Below are positions 9,029-16,634 of a stretch of DNA of 64,000 nucleotides, one piece after another. The DNA lies in the IMG/VR virus record IMGVR_UViG_2588253903_000005, positions 11,653-75,652 of that record; one strand, written 5' to 3'. This DNA is from a virus (taxonomy: Duplodnaviria > Caudoviricetes). The position numbers and the translations under genes were made by a program. Position 1 is the stretch's first letter. The number at the start of each line of letters is the position of its first letter. The notes beneath the pieces are model-generated. The model did no database searches and was not told the DNA's origin. It worked only from the letters and a program-made list of their open reading frames with translations.

Positions 9029-9823
9029 ATGGCTACATACGCATATTACAGAGTGTCAACAAGAACACAGGTAGAGAAGAACAGTACGGACATGCAGAAG
9101 AACGTCGTAAAGGAATATTGCGAAGAAAACGGTCTGGTGCTTGACGGAACATTTGAAGATGACGGAATATCCGGCGCAATGGACGATATGGAGGATAGCA
9201 TAGCGAGAAATGGTCTGATAGAACTTTTCTCAACCACACAAGAGGGTGACACAATCATTGTGCAGAACACATCAAGGTTGTGGCGTTCTGATACGGCAAA
9301 GGTCATTATCCGTAGGGAAATTAAAAAGTGTGGGGCAAACTTAGTAAGTGTTGAACAGCCTAATTATGACATTTACAAGAAAGACCCTAACGACTTTCTA
9401 ATAAACGGTCTTTTGGAGCTGCTTGACGAATACGACAAAATCTCAATCGCTGTCAAACTGGCAAAAGGCAGAAAGGCAAGAGCAAAGACAGGAAACAAAC
9501 CTTGCGGTAATGCTCCGATAGGCTACCGCTGGAACGGAAACAAGATCGAAATTGACTATAACAATCACTTGATTGTACAGGATATATTCAATATGTGTTT
9601 AGAACGCAAAGGGAATTTAAGTCAGATTATGCGTGACTGTGCAGAAAAGGGATATAAGACCACTAGAGGAAAAGATTTCAGCGTACAGGCTATCAAGAAT
9701 ATTCTGACGAATGATTTTTATGTTGGTGTTGTAACCCATGCAGGAAATAAGATAGCAGGAGAACATCAACCGATTATTGAAAAGCCGGTATTTGAAAAAG
9801 TCATTGAGATTTTGAGAGGGTAG
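9029..9823 (+). CDS. Serine recombinase (resolvase catalytic domain plus recombinase domain, 264 aa)
   Basis: YAYYRVST with catalytic Ser, DGISG, SRLWR, APIGY, NILTNDFYVG, GEHQPII; lacks the Zn-ribbon/coiled coil of full large serine integrases. Confidence 0.9.
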   Translation: MATYAYYRVSTRTQVEKNSTDMQKNVVKEYCEENGLVLDGTFEDDGISGAMDDMEDSIARNGLIELFSTTQEGDTIIVQNTSRLWRSDTAKVIIRREIKKCGANLVSVEQPNYDIYKKDPNDFLINGLLELLDEYDKISIAVKLAKGRKARAKTGNKPCGNAPIGYRWNGNKIEIDYNNHLIVQDIFNMCLERKGNLSQIMRDCAEKGYKTTRGKDFSVQAIKNILTNDFYVGVVTHAGNKIAGEHQPIIEKPVFEKVIEILRG

Positions 9824-9832
9824 GTATACGGT

Positions 9833-10189
9833 ATGGTTTATGGGTATGTGAATAGGCGCAAAGGCGAAACAAAAGATTATTTACATGGCAGAGAATTTGA
9901 CGAAATATTTTATCAAGACGGAGCAGAATACGATTTGTCTTTTCTGAAACAAGGAGACACAATAATACTTTGCAAGCTAAAAAGTATAAGCGATAATTTG
10001 AAAGATATTCTCGTATTTGCTCAATACGCATTTGACAACGAGATAGAAGTCCGCTGTATGGATAAAAACGATGACAAATATATTGATTTCATAGATACAA
10101 GTACAGCAATGGGGAAATTGATAATAGGTCTATGGGCAGGAATAAATAGGCTAGACGATGAATACTACAGAAATTCAGAAAATAATTAA
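9833..10189 (+). CDS. Resolvase-fold protein lacking catalytic residues
   Basis: VYGYVNRR, LKQGDTIILCKLKSIS, IDTSTAMGKLII align to resolvase GYARVS, GDVILVKKLDRLGR, ISTDGEMGKMVV. Confidence 0.65.
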   Translation: MVYGYVNRRKGETKDYLHGREFDEIFYQDGAEYDLSFLKQGDTIILCKLKSISDNLKDILVFAQYAFDNEIEVRCMDKNDDKYIDFIDTSTAMGKLIIGLWAGINRLDDEYYRNSENN

Positions 10190-10341
10190 ATTTCTACAAA
10201 AGATAAAATCTCAACCCACTCCCGATTAAATCAATCAAAATGCCAAAGATACCAACAACAAAATCAAATATAAGGCGGTGCATACACTTGTTCTGGAAAA
10301 AGAAAGAAATTCAGAAAAACGAAAAAGAGAATGAAACCGAA

Positions 10342-10683
10342 ATGAAGAAAGATTATCTCTATTGCGAAATTCCGATTTTGAAAAGAAAAACAAGACATGC
10401 AAAAACCATCATAGAAAATAAGCTGTATGATACCGAAAAAGCAGAAATTATTTCCTCAACGGCAGATTGCAGGATTTTGTTTGTGACGAAAAAGGGAAAT
10501 TATTTTTCTTGCAAAACAACAGATTATGATTATATGGAGAACGAAGAAAATAAAACATATCACATTTTTGAAACTGTATACCATGACATACGACCGGAAC
10601 TATTAGAATACGCAATGTCCAATATTGGAAAATATGAACCAGAGAAATACATTGAACTATATGGCGAAGTCGAAGAAGCGTAA
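10342..10683 (+). CDS. Hypothetical protein, paralog of 13414-13779
   Basis: Shared KLYDTEKAE, RIL..TKKGNYFSC and GE.EEA* motifs. Confidence 0.65.
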   Translation: MKKDYLYCEIPILKRKTRHAKTIIENKLYDTEKAEIISSTADCRILFVTKKGNYFSCKTTDYDYMENEENKTYHIFETVYHDIRPELLEYAMSNIGKYEPEKYIELYGEVEEA

Positions 10684-10741
10684 AGGCGTTGATTAAGATA
10701 CCAGTCCGCAAATCAAAGAGGGGATATAAGGAGGGAAATTA

Positions 10742-11112
10742 ATGGTAAAATCATATCTGACGATTCATACAAAACACATGCATTTATTGATGATGTAGAA
10801 ATAAGCGATAAAGCAACCAGTGTTCATTTTGAACAAAACGCTGGTGAAGTACCGATTTTCACATTTGAAACGGTAAATCTGCCAAACATAGAAATCGAAA
10901 ATGCAAATATTCGTTTCAGATTCACGACGGAAACAATAGAGGATTCTATGAAGGTTATTCGTCATAGTTTATTGACAGACAAAGTTTTATATGACGCCCT
11001 TGTTGCAAGCATAGAAAGTGCAATTTACGAAAATGGCGTGGTGCGTGACATATCAGACCAACACGAACTTGCTTTGGAGATTGCGGATAGGATTATTGAG
11101 AGGGAAGAATGA
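10742..11112 (+). pseudogene. Frameshifted hypothetical gene (not in ORF track)
   Basis: AGGAGG RBS and ATG 10742, but the long open frame (IISDDSYKTHAFIDDVEISDK...IEREE*) is one base off; one extra A in the A4 run restores it. Confidence 0.6.
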
Positions 11113-11113
11113 A

Positions 11114-11278
11114 ATGAAAGTAAGAGTAACAATTATGACAGAGAACGATAAGCCCATTTCTGTTTTGGGTGAAAATCCAGAAGAAAAAATAAAGATAGGA
11201 TGGGAACTTGTGCTTGCTTTATTAAATGCTCAAAGCGAAGATAGGGCAACGCTTGAAAGAGTAGAAATTGTTGAATAA
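11114..11278 (+). CDS. Hypothetical protein
   Basis: ATG right after the previous stop; 54 aa. Confidence 0.55.
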   Translation: MKVRVTIMTENDKPISVLGENPEEKIKIGWELVLALLNAQSEDRATLERVEIVE

Positions 11279-11283
11279 ATTTT

Positions 11284-11355
11284 AGGGATATCGCCAAACG
11301 GTAAGGCACAGGACTTTGACTGCTGTATTTCCGGGTTCGAATCCCGGTAGCCCAG
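11284..11355 (+). tRNA. tRNA-Gln(TTG) with stem mismatches; no encoded CCA
   Basis: D arm GCCAAACGGTAAGGC, anticodon arm CAGGA-CTTTGAC-TGCTG, T arm CCGGG-TTCGAAT-CCCGG; mismatches A1:A72, A5:G68, G30:G40. Confidence 0.8.
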
Positions 11356-11403
11356 TTCAGCCGAAAGGCTATATAAAAATTAAAGTTTAGGAGGGATTTG
11401 TCT

Positions 11404-12045
11404 ATGACGACTGAAACCATGACCGTGCATAAGGCTCTGGCAGAATTAAAGCTGCTTGACATCCGGATTGAGAAAGCAATCGCAGAAGGTGTTTACTGCG
11501 TTGCGAACAAACATTCAAACGATAAGATAGGCGGCGTTCCGCTTGATGATTACATTAAAATCATGCAGGGCGGATATGACAAGGCAACTGACTTTATCAA
11601 CCGTCAAACGGCAATAAAACGAGCAGTCACACTTTCCAATGCTGTAACCAAAGTCGAAATTTCTGGCGTGGAATATACAAGAGCAGAAGCCATTTGGATG
11701 AAAAATCACGGAATGGAATTTTGCAAAACACTTATGAATGCTATGCGGAGACAATATGATAAGGCTCAAATGCAAATCAATCTGGAAAACGGAAAAGACC
11801 TTGAACAGAGGGCAGAGCAGTATGTAACCGCAATCTACGGGCAGAAAGAAGGAAAGACAAATACTGCTGACATCGAAAAGGTCAAGGCAGACTTTTTAAA
11901 ATCCAACCAGTACGAACTGGTTGACCCGCTCCACGTCCTTGACAAGATTGAAGATTTGGAGAAGAAAATCAATGATTTCATGGCAGAAGTTGACAGCTCA
12001 TTATCGGTCAGCAACGCCTTAACCGAAATCACGATTGAATATTAA
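11404..12045 (+). CDS. Predominantly helical/coiled-coil hypothetical protein (213 aa) preceding the large ncRNA
   Basis: GGAGG RBS; MTVHKALAELKLLDIRIEKAI...LEDLEKKINDFMAEVDSSLSVSNALTEITIEY is amphipathic. Confidence 0.8.
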   Translation: MTTETMTVHKALAELKLLDIRIEKAIAEGVYCVANKHSNDKIGGVPLDDYIKIMQGGYDKATDFINRQTAIKRAVTLSNAVTKVEISGVEYTRAEAIWMKNHGMEFCKTLMNAMRRQYDKAQMQINLENGKDLEQRAEQYVTAIYGQKEGKTNTADIEKVKADFLKSNQYELVDPLHVLDKIEDLEKKINDFMAEVDSSLSVSNALTEITIEY

Positions 12046-12059
12046 AAATTAAATGAATT

Positions 12060-12460
12060 TTATCCACTGTTTACCGAAAACCCCAAACTACAATTCATAC
12101 GTCTTTTGCAGATACAGACATATGTAAAACAATAAAGAAATCTGCAAACTTCAATGGACGAAGATAATATGAATTGGTCTTGAAAACCAAATTTGCATAA
12201 ACAATGTGTCGGCGGTTCGATTCCGTCCAAGTCTTCGGACTTGTAGCTCAGTCGGGAGAGCGATTGTAAAAACAAAACGCACTGTAAAGATTAAAGAGTA
12301 AAGCTCAAATCTTAAAGCTGAAAGGTCAAAGTTTATTTTCTTCAAAGTTGAAAGAGCAAAGGTAAAAGACAAAAGTTTTACAAAATCCTTGGGAAATGTT
12401 TATTCGGGCTAATTGTAATTGCTGATGGGTTTAACACAAGGCTGGTAAATGGTGGGTTAT
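12060..12460 (+). ncRNA. Putative ~400-nt structured ncRNA of unrecognised family
   Basis: No credible ORF; long-range pairs 12064-75/12444-55, 12078-83/12427-32, 12089-95/12411-17, 12387-91/12437-41; permuted tRNA core; heptamer array. Confidence 0.75.
12283..12375 (+). repeat. 12 heptamers, consensus NNNAAAG
   Basis: TGTAAAG ATTAAAG AGTAAAG CTCAAAT CTTAAAG CTGAAAG GTCAAAG, 9-nt spacer, TTCAAAG TTGAAAG AGCAAAG GTAAAAG ACAAAAG. Confidence 0.85.
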
Positions 12461-12469
12461 ATGAATTAT

Positions 12470-12505
12470 CGGCGGCAGCTTGTTGGTCTCGTTGCCGCCG
12501 GTTTT
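12470..12505 (+). terminator. Strong hairpin with short T run after the ncRNA
   Basis: CGGCGGCAGC/GTTGCCGCCG then GTTTT. Confidence 0.5.
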
Positions 12506-12597
12506 GCAGATATAACCCTAACTGGTAAGGGAACGGTTTGCTAAACCGTCAGTAACCGTCAAATGACGGCGCGTAGGTTCAAGTCCTACTATCTGCG
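12506..12597 (+). tRNA. tRNA-Ser(GCT); no encoded CCA
   Basis: Acceptor GCAGATA/TATCTGC, anticodon arm ACGGT-TTGCTAA-ACCGT, long variable arm, T arm GTAGG-TTCAAGT-CCTAC, G73. Confidence 0.9.
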
Positions 12598-12667
12598 TTA
12601 TGGGGATGGTAAAGTCTATGGGTTGATTCCAAAAATAAACAAACTTTACAAAAAGCATTCCCATTAT

Positions 12668-12759
12668 GCCGACGTACCCAAACGGTTATAAGGGCGCAGT
12701 CTTGAAAACTGATGTGCCATGGAGAACATGGTCTGTGGGTTCAAATCCTACCGTCGGCG
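12668..12759 (+). tRNA. tRNA-Ser(TGA); no encoded CCA
   Basis: Acceptor GCCGACG/CGTCGGC, anticodon loop CTTGAAA (12701-07), long variable arm, T arm GTGGG-TTCAAAT-CCTAC. Confidence 0.9.
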
Positions 12760-13103
12760 TTTAGTGTCGAACATTCGTACCATTTGGCACTCCTTTCACC
12801 CCGTAGCGGAATGCTGTTAAGAGCCTTCGCAAGGCTTGCGGGGATTCGTCAAGGAAAAGACATTAAAACCCGCTTGCCAGAGCGTATAAGTGGCGATACT
12901 AAAGCCCGGCTACTGCTTGAGGGCAATATAAAAAAGAGCAGCGTGTAGATTGGCGGTAAGACGATGCGAATCTCAAATAACCGCATTCTGGATGATGCCC
13001 ACGTCATTGTATAATTGGTGATGCATACTAGTTTGGACAGAATCCGATTGTCAGTAAAGACATGCAAAATCCTATGCAGTCCTCATAGACATAAATTGGA
13101 CGG

Positions 13104-13287
13104 TGTTGCGTGGCGGAATAGATAAACGCTAAAGTGTAGCTCTTATAGATTGGTTGGCATTACAAGGTGTAGCCGTAAAAGAACAATTACTGTATAACAA
13201 GTCATCTCCGAGCAGAGGGCGAATGAGCCACGGAAAGGCAGAAATGCAAACTCCAATCATGTGTGGTGCAAATCCACACCGCAACAT
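13104..13287 (+). ncRNA. tRNA-framed RNA with ~130-nt insert replacing the anticodon arm
   Basis: Acceptor TGTTGCG/CGCAACA, D arm GCG-GAATAGATAAA-CGC, T arm GTGTGG-TGCAAAT-CCACAC, GATTGG/CCAATC stem at the base of the insert. Confidence 0.6.
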
Positions 13288-13413
13288 TTAGTTAGGCCAT
13301 TCCTAGCTAGACAGGAGTAAATCGGTCACTGCCCTGTCGAATCAAAAATAACGCTGGCAGGAACATTCTTTCTGCCAGATAAACCGCAAAATGAAGTCAG
13401 GAGGGATTTTGTC

Positions 13414-13779
13414 ATGCACTCTCTTTTAAGAAAAACAAAATCTGGGAGCAACGGACTTGTATATCCTTTTCGTCAAGAGAGAAAGGTTTTACATGAAAAA
13501 TCTATTATAAACGGCAAATTATATGACACAGAAAAAGCCGAGTTTTTATGCCCATTTAAAGACGGAAGGATTCTACTAAAGACAAAGAAAGGGAATTACT
13601 TTTCTTGCGTGCAAGATATAAGGTCGGTCAACAAAGAAAAAATGGATGAAATCATTGAAGCTGTAACAATATCACATTACGACTTGCGGGAAGAAACCAA
13701 AGAAGAAGTAAAGGGGTATATGGGTATTCACGAATTGGATTTGTATATAAAGATGTTTGGAGAGGCCGAGGAGGCGTAA
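13414..13779 (+). CDS. Hypothetical protein, paralog of 10342-10683
   Basis: KLYDTEKAE...KTKKGNYFSC...GEAEEA. Confidence 0.65.
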   Translation: MHSLLRKTKSGSNGLVYPFRQERKVLHEKSIINGKLYDTEKAEFLCPFKDGRILLKTKKGNYFSCVQDIRSVNKEKMDEIIEAVTISHYDLREETKEEVKGYMGIHELDLYIKMFGEAEEA

Positions 13780-14049
13780 CGATCTAAAATCAATTTTAAG
13801 CGATTTTAACCCAACGCCTTAAATTTCCTCAATGAAACATAAAAGAGGGCGATTTGAGGCAAATAGGAGCGTTAGAGAGGTATTTCTGCTAAAAGCATAC
13901 ACCGTTGTTCAAGTCAACGGGGCAGATTTGGCGGTAACTTCGGAAATCGCTACATAAAATCCAACATGAGCGGACAAAAGTGAGAACAAAAACGCTTGAG
14001 GTATAAAAGTGAGTATTGCGTATTCTCACAAAGCAGTATTCGCTTTTAA

Positions 14050-14121
14050 GGCGATATAGCAAAACGGTTAAGGCGGCAGTCTGCAAAACTGCTATTATCA
14101 GTTCGATTCTGATTATCGCCT
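14050..14121 (+). tRNA. tRNA-Cys(GCA); no encoded CCA
   Basis: Acceptor GGCGATA/TATCGCC, anticodon arm GCAGT-CTGCAAA-ACTGC, T arm ATCAG-TTCGATT-CTGAT, U73. Confidence 0.9.
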
Positions 14122-14215
14122 TTAACAACGGGATAGCCCGACGGGGCGAAAAGCAAAACCGTGATTGCCTGTCCGTTGTTTCAACTAATATCACGGGATT
14201 ATCAACATGTAGGTA

Positions 14216-14818
14216 ATGAAAATGGATAAATTGTATCAATCATACGTTTTGACAGACGATAAAGAACCGTTTAGGTTTGAATTGAAAGAAATTACAGTGA
14301 AATCAATTTCTGAAAATGGGACAATAGAAACAAAATATCCATGTTTTTATGGTGTAATGAAATGTACAAACCACATAAATGGTTCGGGAGAAATTAAAAC
14401 AGATAAGGAATATTCTTCTGGACATAGCTATGCATATTATTCGATAAGCTATGAAAAATGTATGGAGTATCTTGCGAATAAAAGACAGGAACTATTTCAA
14501 AAATATCAAAAAATGTCGGAAGAAGTAAGCACATTTTATAAAAAGATAATGGAAAGTGAAATAAAGAATCACGTAAATAACGCGACTGTTAAAAAATACT
14601 CTTTGTGGATGGAGGGATATTCTGCAACCGGACAAAGTTCAACAGCGGAATTTTTAGGAGTATTTGACGGAGTTTCGTTTAATGACGCTTGCGATAATTG
14701 GTCTAAAACTATTAAACAACCAGAATATTATAAGCCCGGAACCGATGAACACAGACCGAGTTATTGGGCGTGTAAAATTTTTGACAATGAAATAGACGCA
14801 AGAAAATCATTTGGTTAA
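14216..14818 (+). CDS. Hypothetical protein
   Basis: 200-aa ORF. Confidence 0.65.
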   Translation: MKMDKLYQSYVLTDDKEPFRFELKEITVKSISENGTIETKYPCFYGVMKCTNHINGSGEIKTDKEYSSGHSYAYYSISYEKCMEYLANKRQELFQKYQKMSEEVSTFYKKIMESEIKNHVNNATVKKYSLWMEGYSATGQSSTAEFLGVFDGVSFNDACDNWSKTIKQPEYYKPGTDEHRPSYWACKIFDNEIDARKSFG

Positions 14819-14931
14819 TTTAATCTTGGTAAATTCAATAGGCTAGGGTAGCTCCCAAAAAGCGTCCTCCAACGCCTGCCTATTGTTTTTATAAATTTGG
14901 AGGATTAGAAAAATGGATTGGAGGTCATTTT

Positions 14932-15966
14932 ATGAGTGAAACAGTAAAGAGAGAAAAGAAAGAGATAATCATATCAGAAAATAGAGATTTTAAGGGCGTT
15001 TGGACACCTCATAAACTTTATTTAGCGAGAAATTTGAGCGCAAGCAAGAAAAATTTACTTATTGAGATTCACAGCCTTACAAAGAACGGAAACAGAAAAT
15101 GTTTTGCGAGCAACAAGCATTTTTCTGATTTTCTCGGTTTAAAAGAAAATACCATAAAAAGAATGTTGTCTGATTTGGAAAAAGAAGGATACATAAAAAG
15201 AATTTATAAATATGTAGGAGACACAAAAGAATTTGAAAGCAGAATAATTAAACTCACAAACAAATTCTATAATGAATTTATAAATGAGTATGAAGAAAGC
15301 GAAGATGATGAGGAAAATATAGGTGGTGGAGAAAAATCCACCCCCTCGTGGAATGAAATAGATGGGGTGGTGGATTTTATCCCACAGGATGGTGAAAAAG
15401 ATTCCACAATAAGTAATACACCTTTTAAGAATAACAATCTAAGAGATACAGATTTAAGTGATACAGAAAAAGGAGAAAACATTAACAAAGTTAATGGAGA
15501 GGCAAAAACATCTTCTTCTGAAAACCGAAAGAAGATGACTGCGCCTAAAACTGCCTTAGAAAAATATCTCGGCAAAAAAGCAGACGAGAGGGACATGATT
15601 GAACGATTGGCTGCAATATGCTCTGAAAATTACGACAACGATACTGCAAACGAAATTTTCATATCGTTGACGCACTACTTTGAAAGATTTAAGGAGAGAT
15701 CCGGGAAGATACACCCGATTTTGAAAGACAGCACACTTTTAAGGTTTATAGAAAAAATGGACTGTTTCTATGATGACAGATATAGTCACTTTGGCAGGCT
15801 TATAGGGCAAGATAACGCCTATATAAAAATGGTTGATATGTTTCTTGATGGAGATTTCGGAGCGGTTAAAGGATATGAGACAAATTACCACCTTTCAGCA
15901 TTTATGTCAGACGAGGTATTAAACAGAATGGCACAGAGATTATTTGAATTGGGGGAGGTGGAATAA
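14932..15966 (+). CDS. Phage replication initiator / replisome organiser with N-terminal winged HTH
   Basis: CFASNKHFSDFLGLKENTIKRMLSDLEKEGYIKR; internal origin-like repeats. Confidence 0.75.
   Translation: MSETVKREKKEIIISENRDFKGVWTPHKLYLARNLSASKKNLLIEIHSLTKNGNRKCFASNKHFSDFLGLKENTIKRMLSDLEKEGYIKRIYKYVGDTKEFESRIIKLTNKFYNEFINEYEESEDDEENIGGGEKSTPSWNEIDGVVDFIPQDGEKDSTISNTPFKNNNLRDTDLSDTEKGENINKVNGEAKTSSSENRKKMTAPKTALEKYLGKKADERDMIERLAAICSENYDNDTANEIFISLTHYFERFKERSGKIHPILKDSTLLRFIEKMDCFYDDRYSHFGRLIGQDNAYIKMVDMFLDGDFGAVKGYETNYHLSAFMSDEVLNRMAQRLFELGEVE
15320..15410. repeat. Candidate replication origin iterons inside the initiator gene
   Basis: GGTGGAGAAAAATCCACC, GGTGGATTTTATCCCAC and GGTGAAAAAGATTCCAC direct and inverted variants. 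Confidence 0.5.
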
Positions 15967-16259
15967 TGGAATACTCAAACACACGTTTATGCAGCGGATA
16001 TTTAAACAAACCAAAACCCTGTGAACATTTTGAAAGCTGCGACATGAAGATTGGGTTTCAGTGGGACGAGAACGGAAACGAGCATTACATAATCGGCAGG
16101 GGTTGTAATTCCATGAGCTGCAAGCGAGATAATCCAGATTACAAGCCATTGACCAAGGAACAGTTCATAGAGATGTATAAGCAAATGCCGAACCGCACAA
16201 ATATTTCTCTTTATGAGTTATTGGAGTGTGCGAGGATTGACGGAATGGTGGAGGGATAG
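15966..16259 (+). CDS. Hypothetical Cys-containing protein
   Basis: Coupled ORF. Confidence 0.6.
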   Translation: MEYSNTRLCSGYLNKPKPCEHFESCDMKIGFQWDENGNEHYIIGRGCNSMSCKRDNPDYKPLTKEQFIEMYKQMPNRTNISLYELLECARIDGMVEG

Positions 16260-16262
16260 CTT

Positions 16263-16634
16263 ATGAACCGCCAACAAAGACGCTATGCAGAGCGTAAAAA
16301 CCAAAAATACAAAACCGCCACATACAACCTCACCAAGAGCCAGCTTGATAATGCGGTTAAGGATTCCATCAATTCAGAACTGGAAAAAGCATATCAGGAC
16401 GGCGTAAACGAGGGCGTAAATCAGGCAATGATTCTTCTGCTAACCTTGCCGCTTGAAGTCCTCATGGATTTTTACTGGAAGAAAAGTTATGCGAAGAAAA
16501 TTCCGGAATTCACGCAACATGTTCTGGACTACTACACAGCATGGCAGAACGGCGAACTGGACATGGACAAGCTGAAAGAGGATTTATGGGAGCGTGGAGG
16601 CGTGAGATTGGAGGAATCAGGGAATGGAGATTGA
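16263..16634 (+). CDS. Conserved phage hypothetical protein
   Basis: MNRQQRR start; ORF within the operon. Confidence 0.65.
   Translation: MNRQQRRYAERKNQKYKTATYNLTKSQLDNAVKDSINSELEKAYQDGVNEGVNQAMILLLTLPLEVLMDFYWKKSYAKKIPEFTQHVLDYYTAWQNGELDMDKLKEDLWERGGVRLEESGNGD

Noticed and set aside
12201-12267. Canonical YrlA Y RNA / Ro60 system
   Set aside because: The topology is similar, but no Ro60/TROVE gene is in the window and I see no Ro-binding helix motif; kept only as an analogy.
13104-13287. tmRNA
   Set aside because: No G3:U70 alanine identity pair, a D stem is present, it is too short, and there is no tag ORF.
14124-14196. Hammerhead or bona fide HDV/theta ribozyme call
   Set aside because: CGAAA is present but there is no CUGANGA; the HDV P3/L3 and P1.1 elements could not be placed.
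12060-14216. Short ORFs in the track (12060-12275, 12151-12372, 12712-12948, 12849-13067, 13889-14239, 14016-14216)
   Set aside because: They overlap tRNAs or structured RNA, lack RBSs and have non-protein-like composition.
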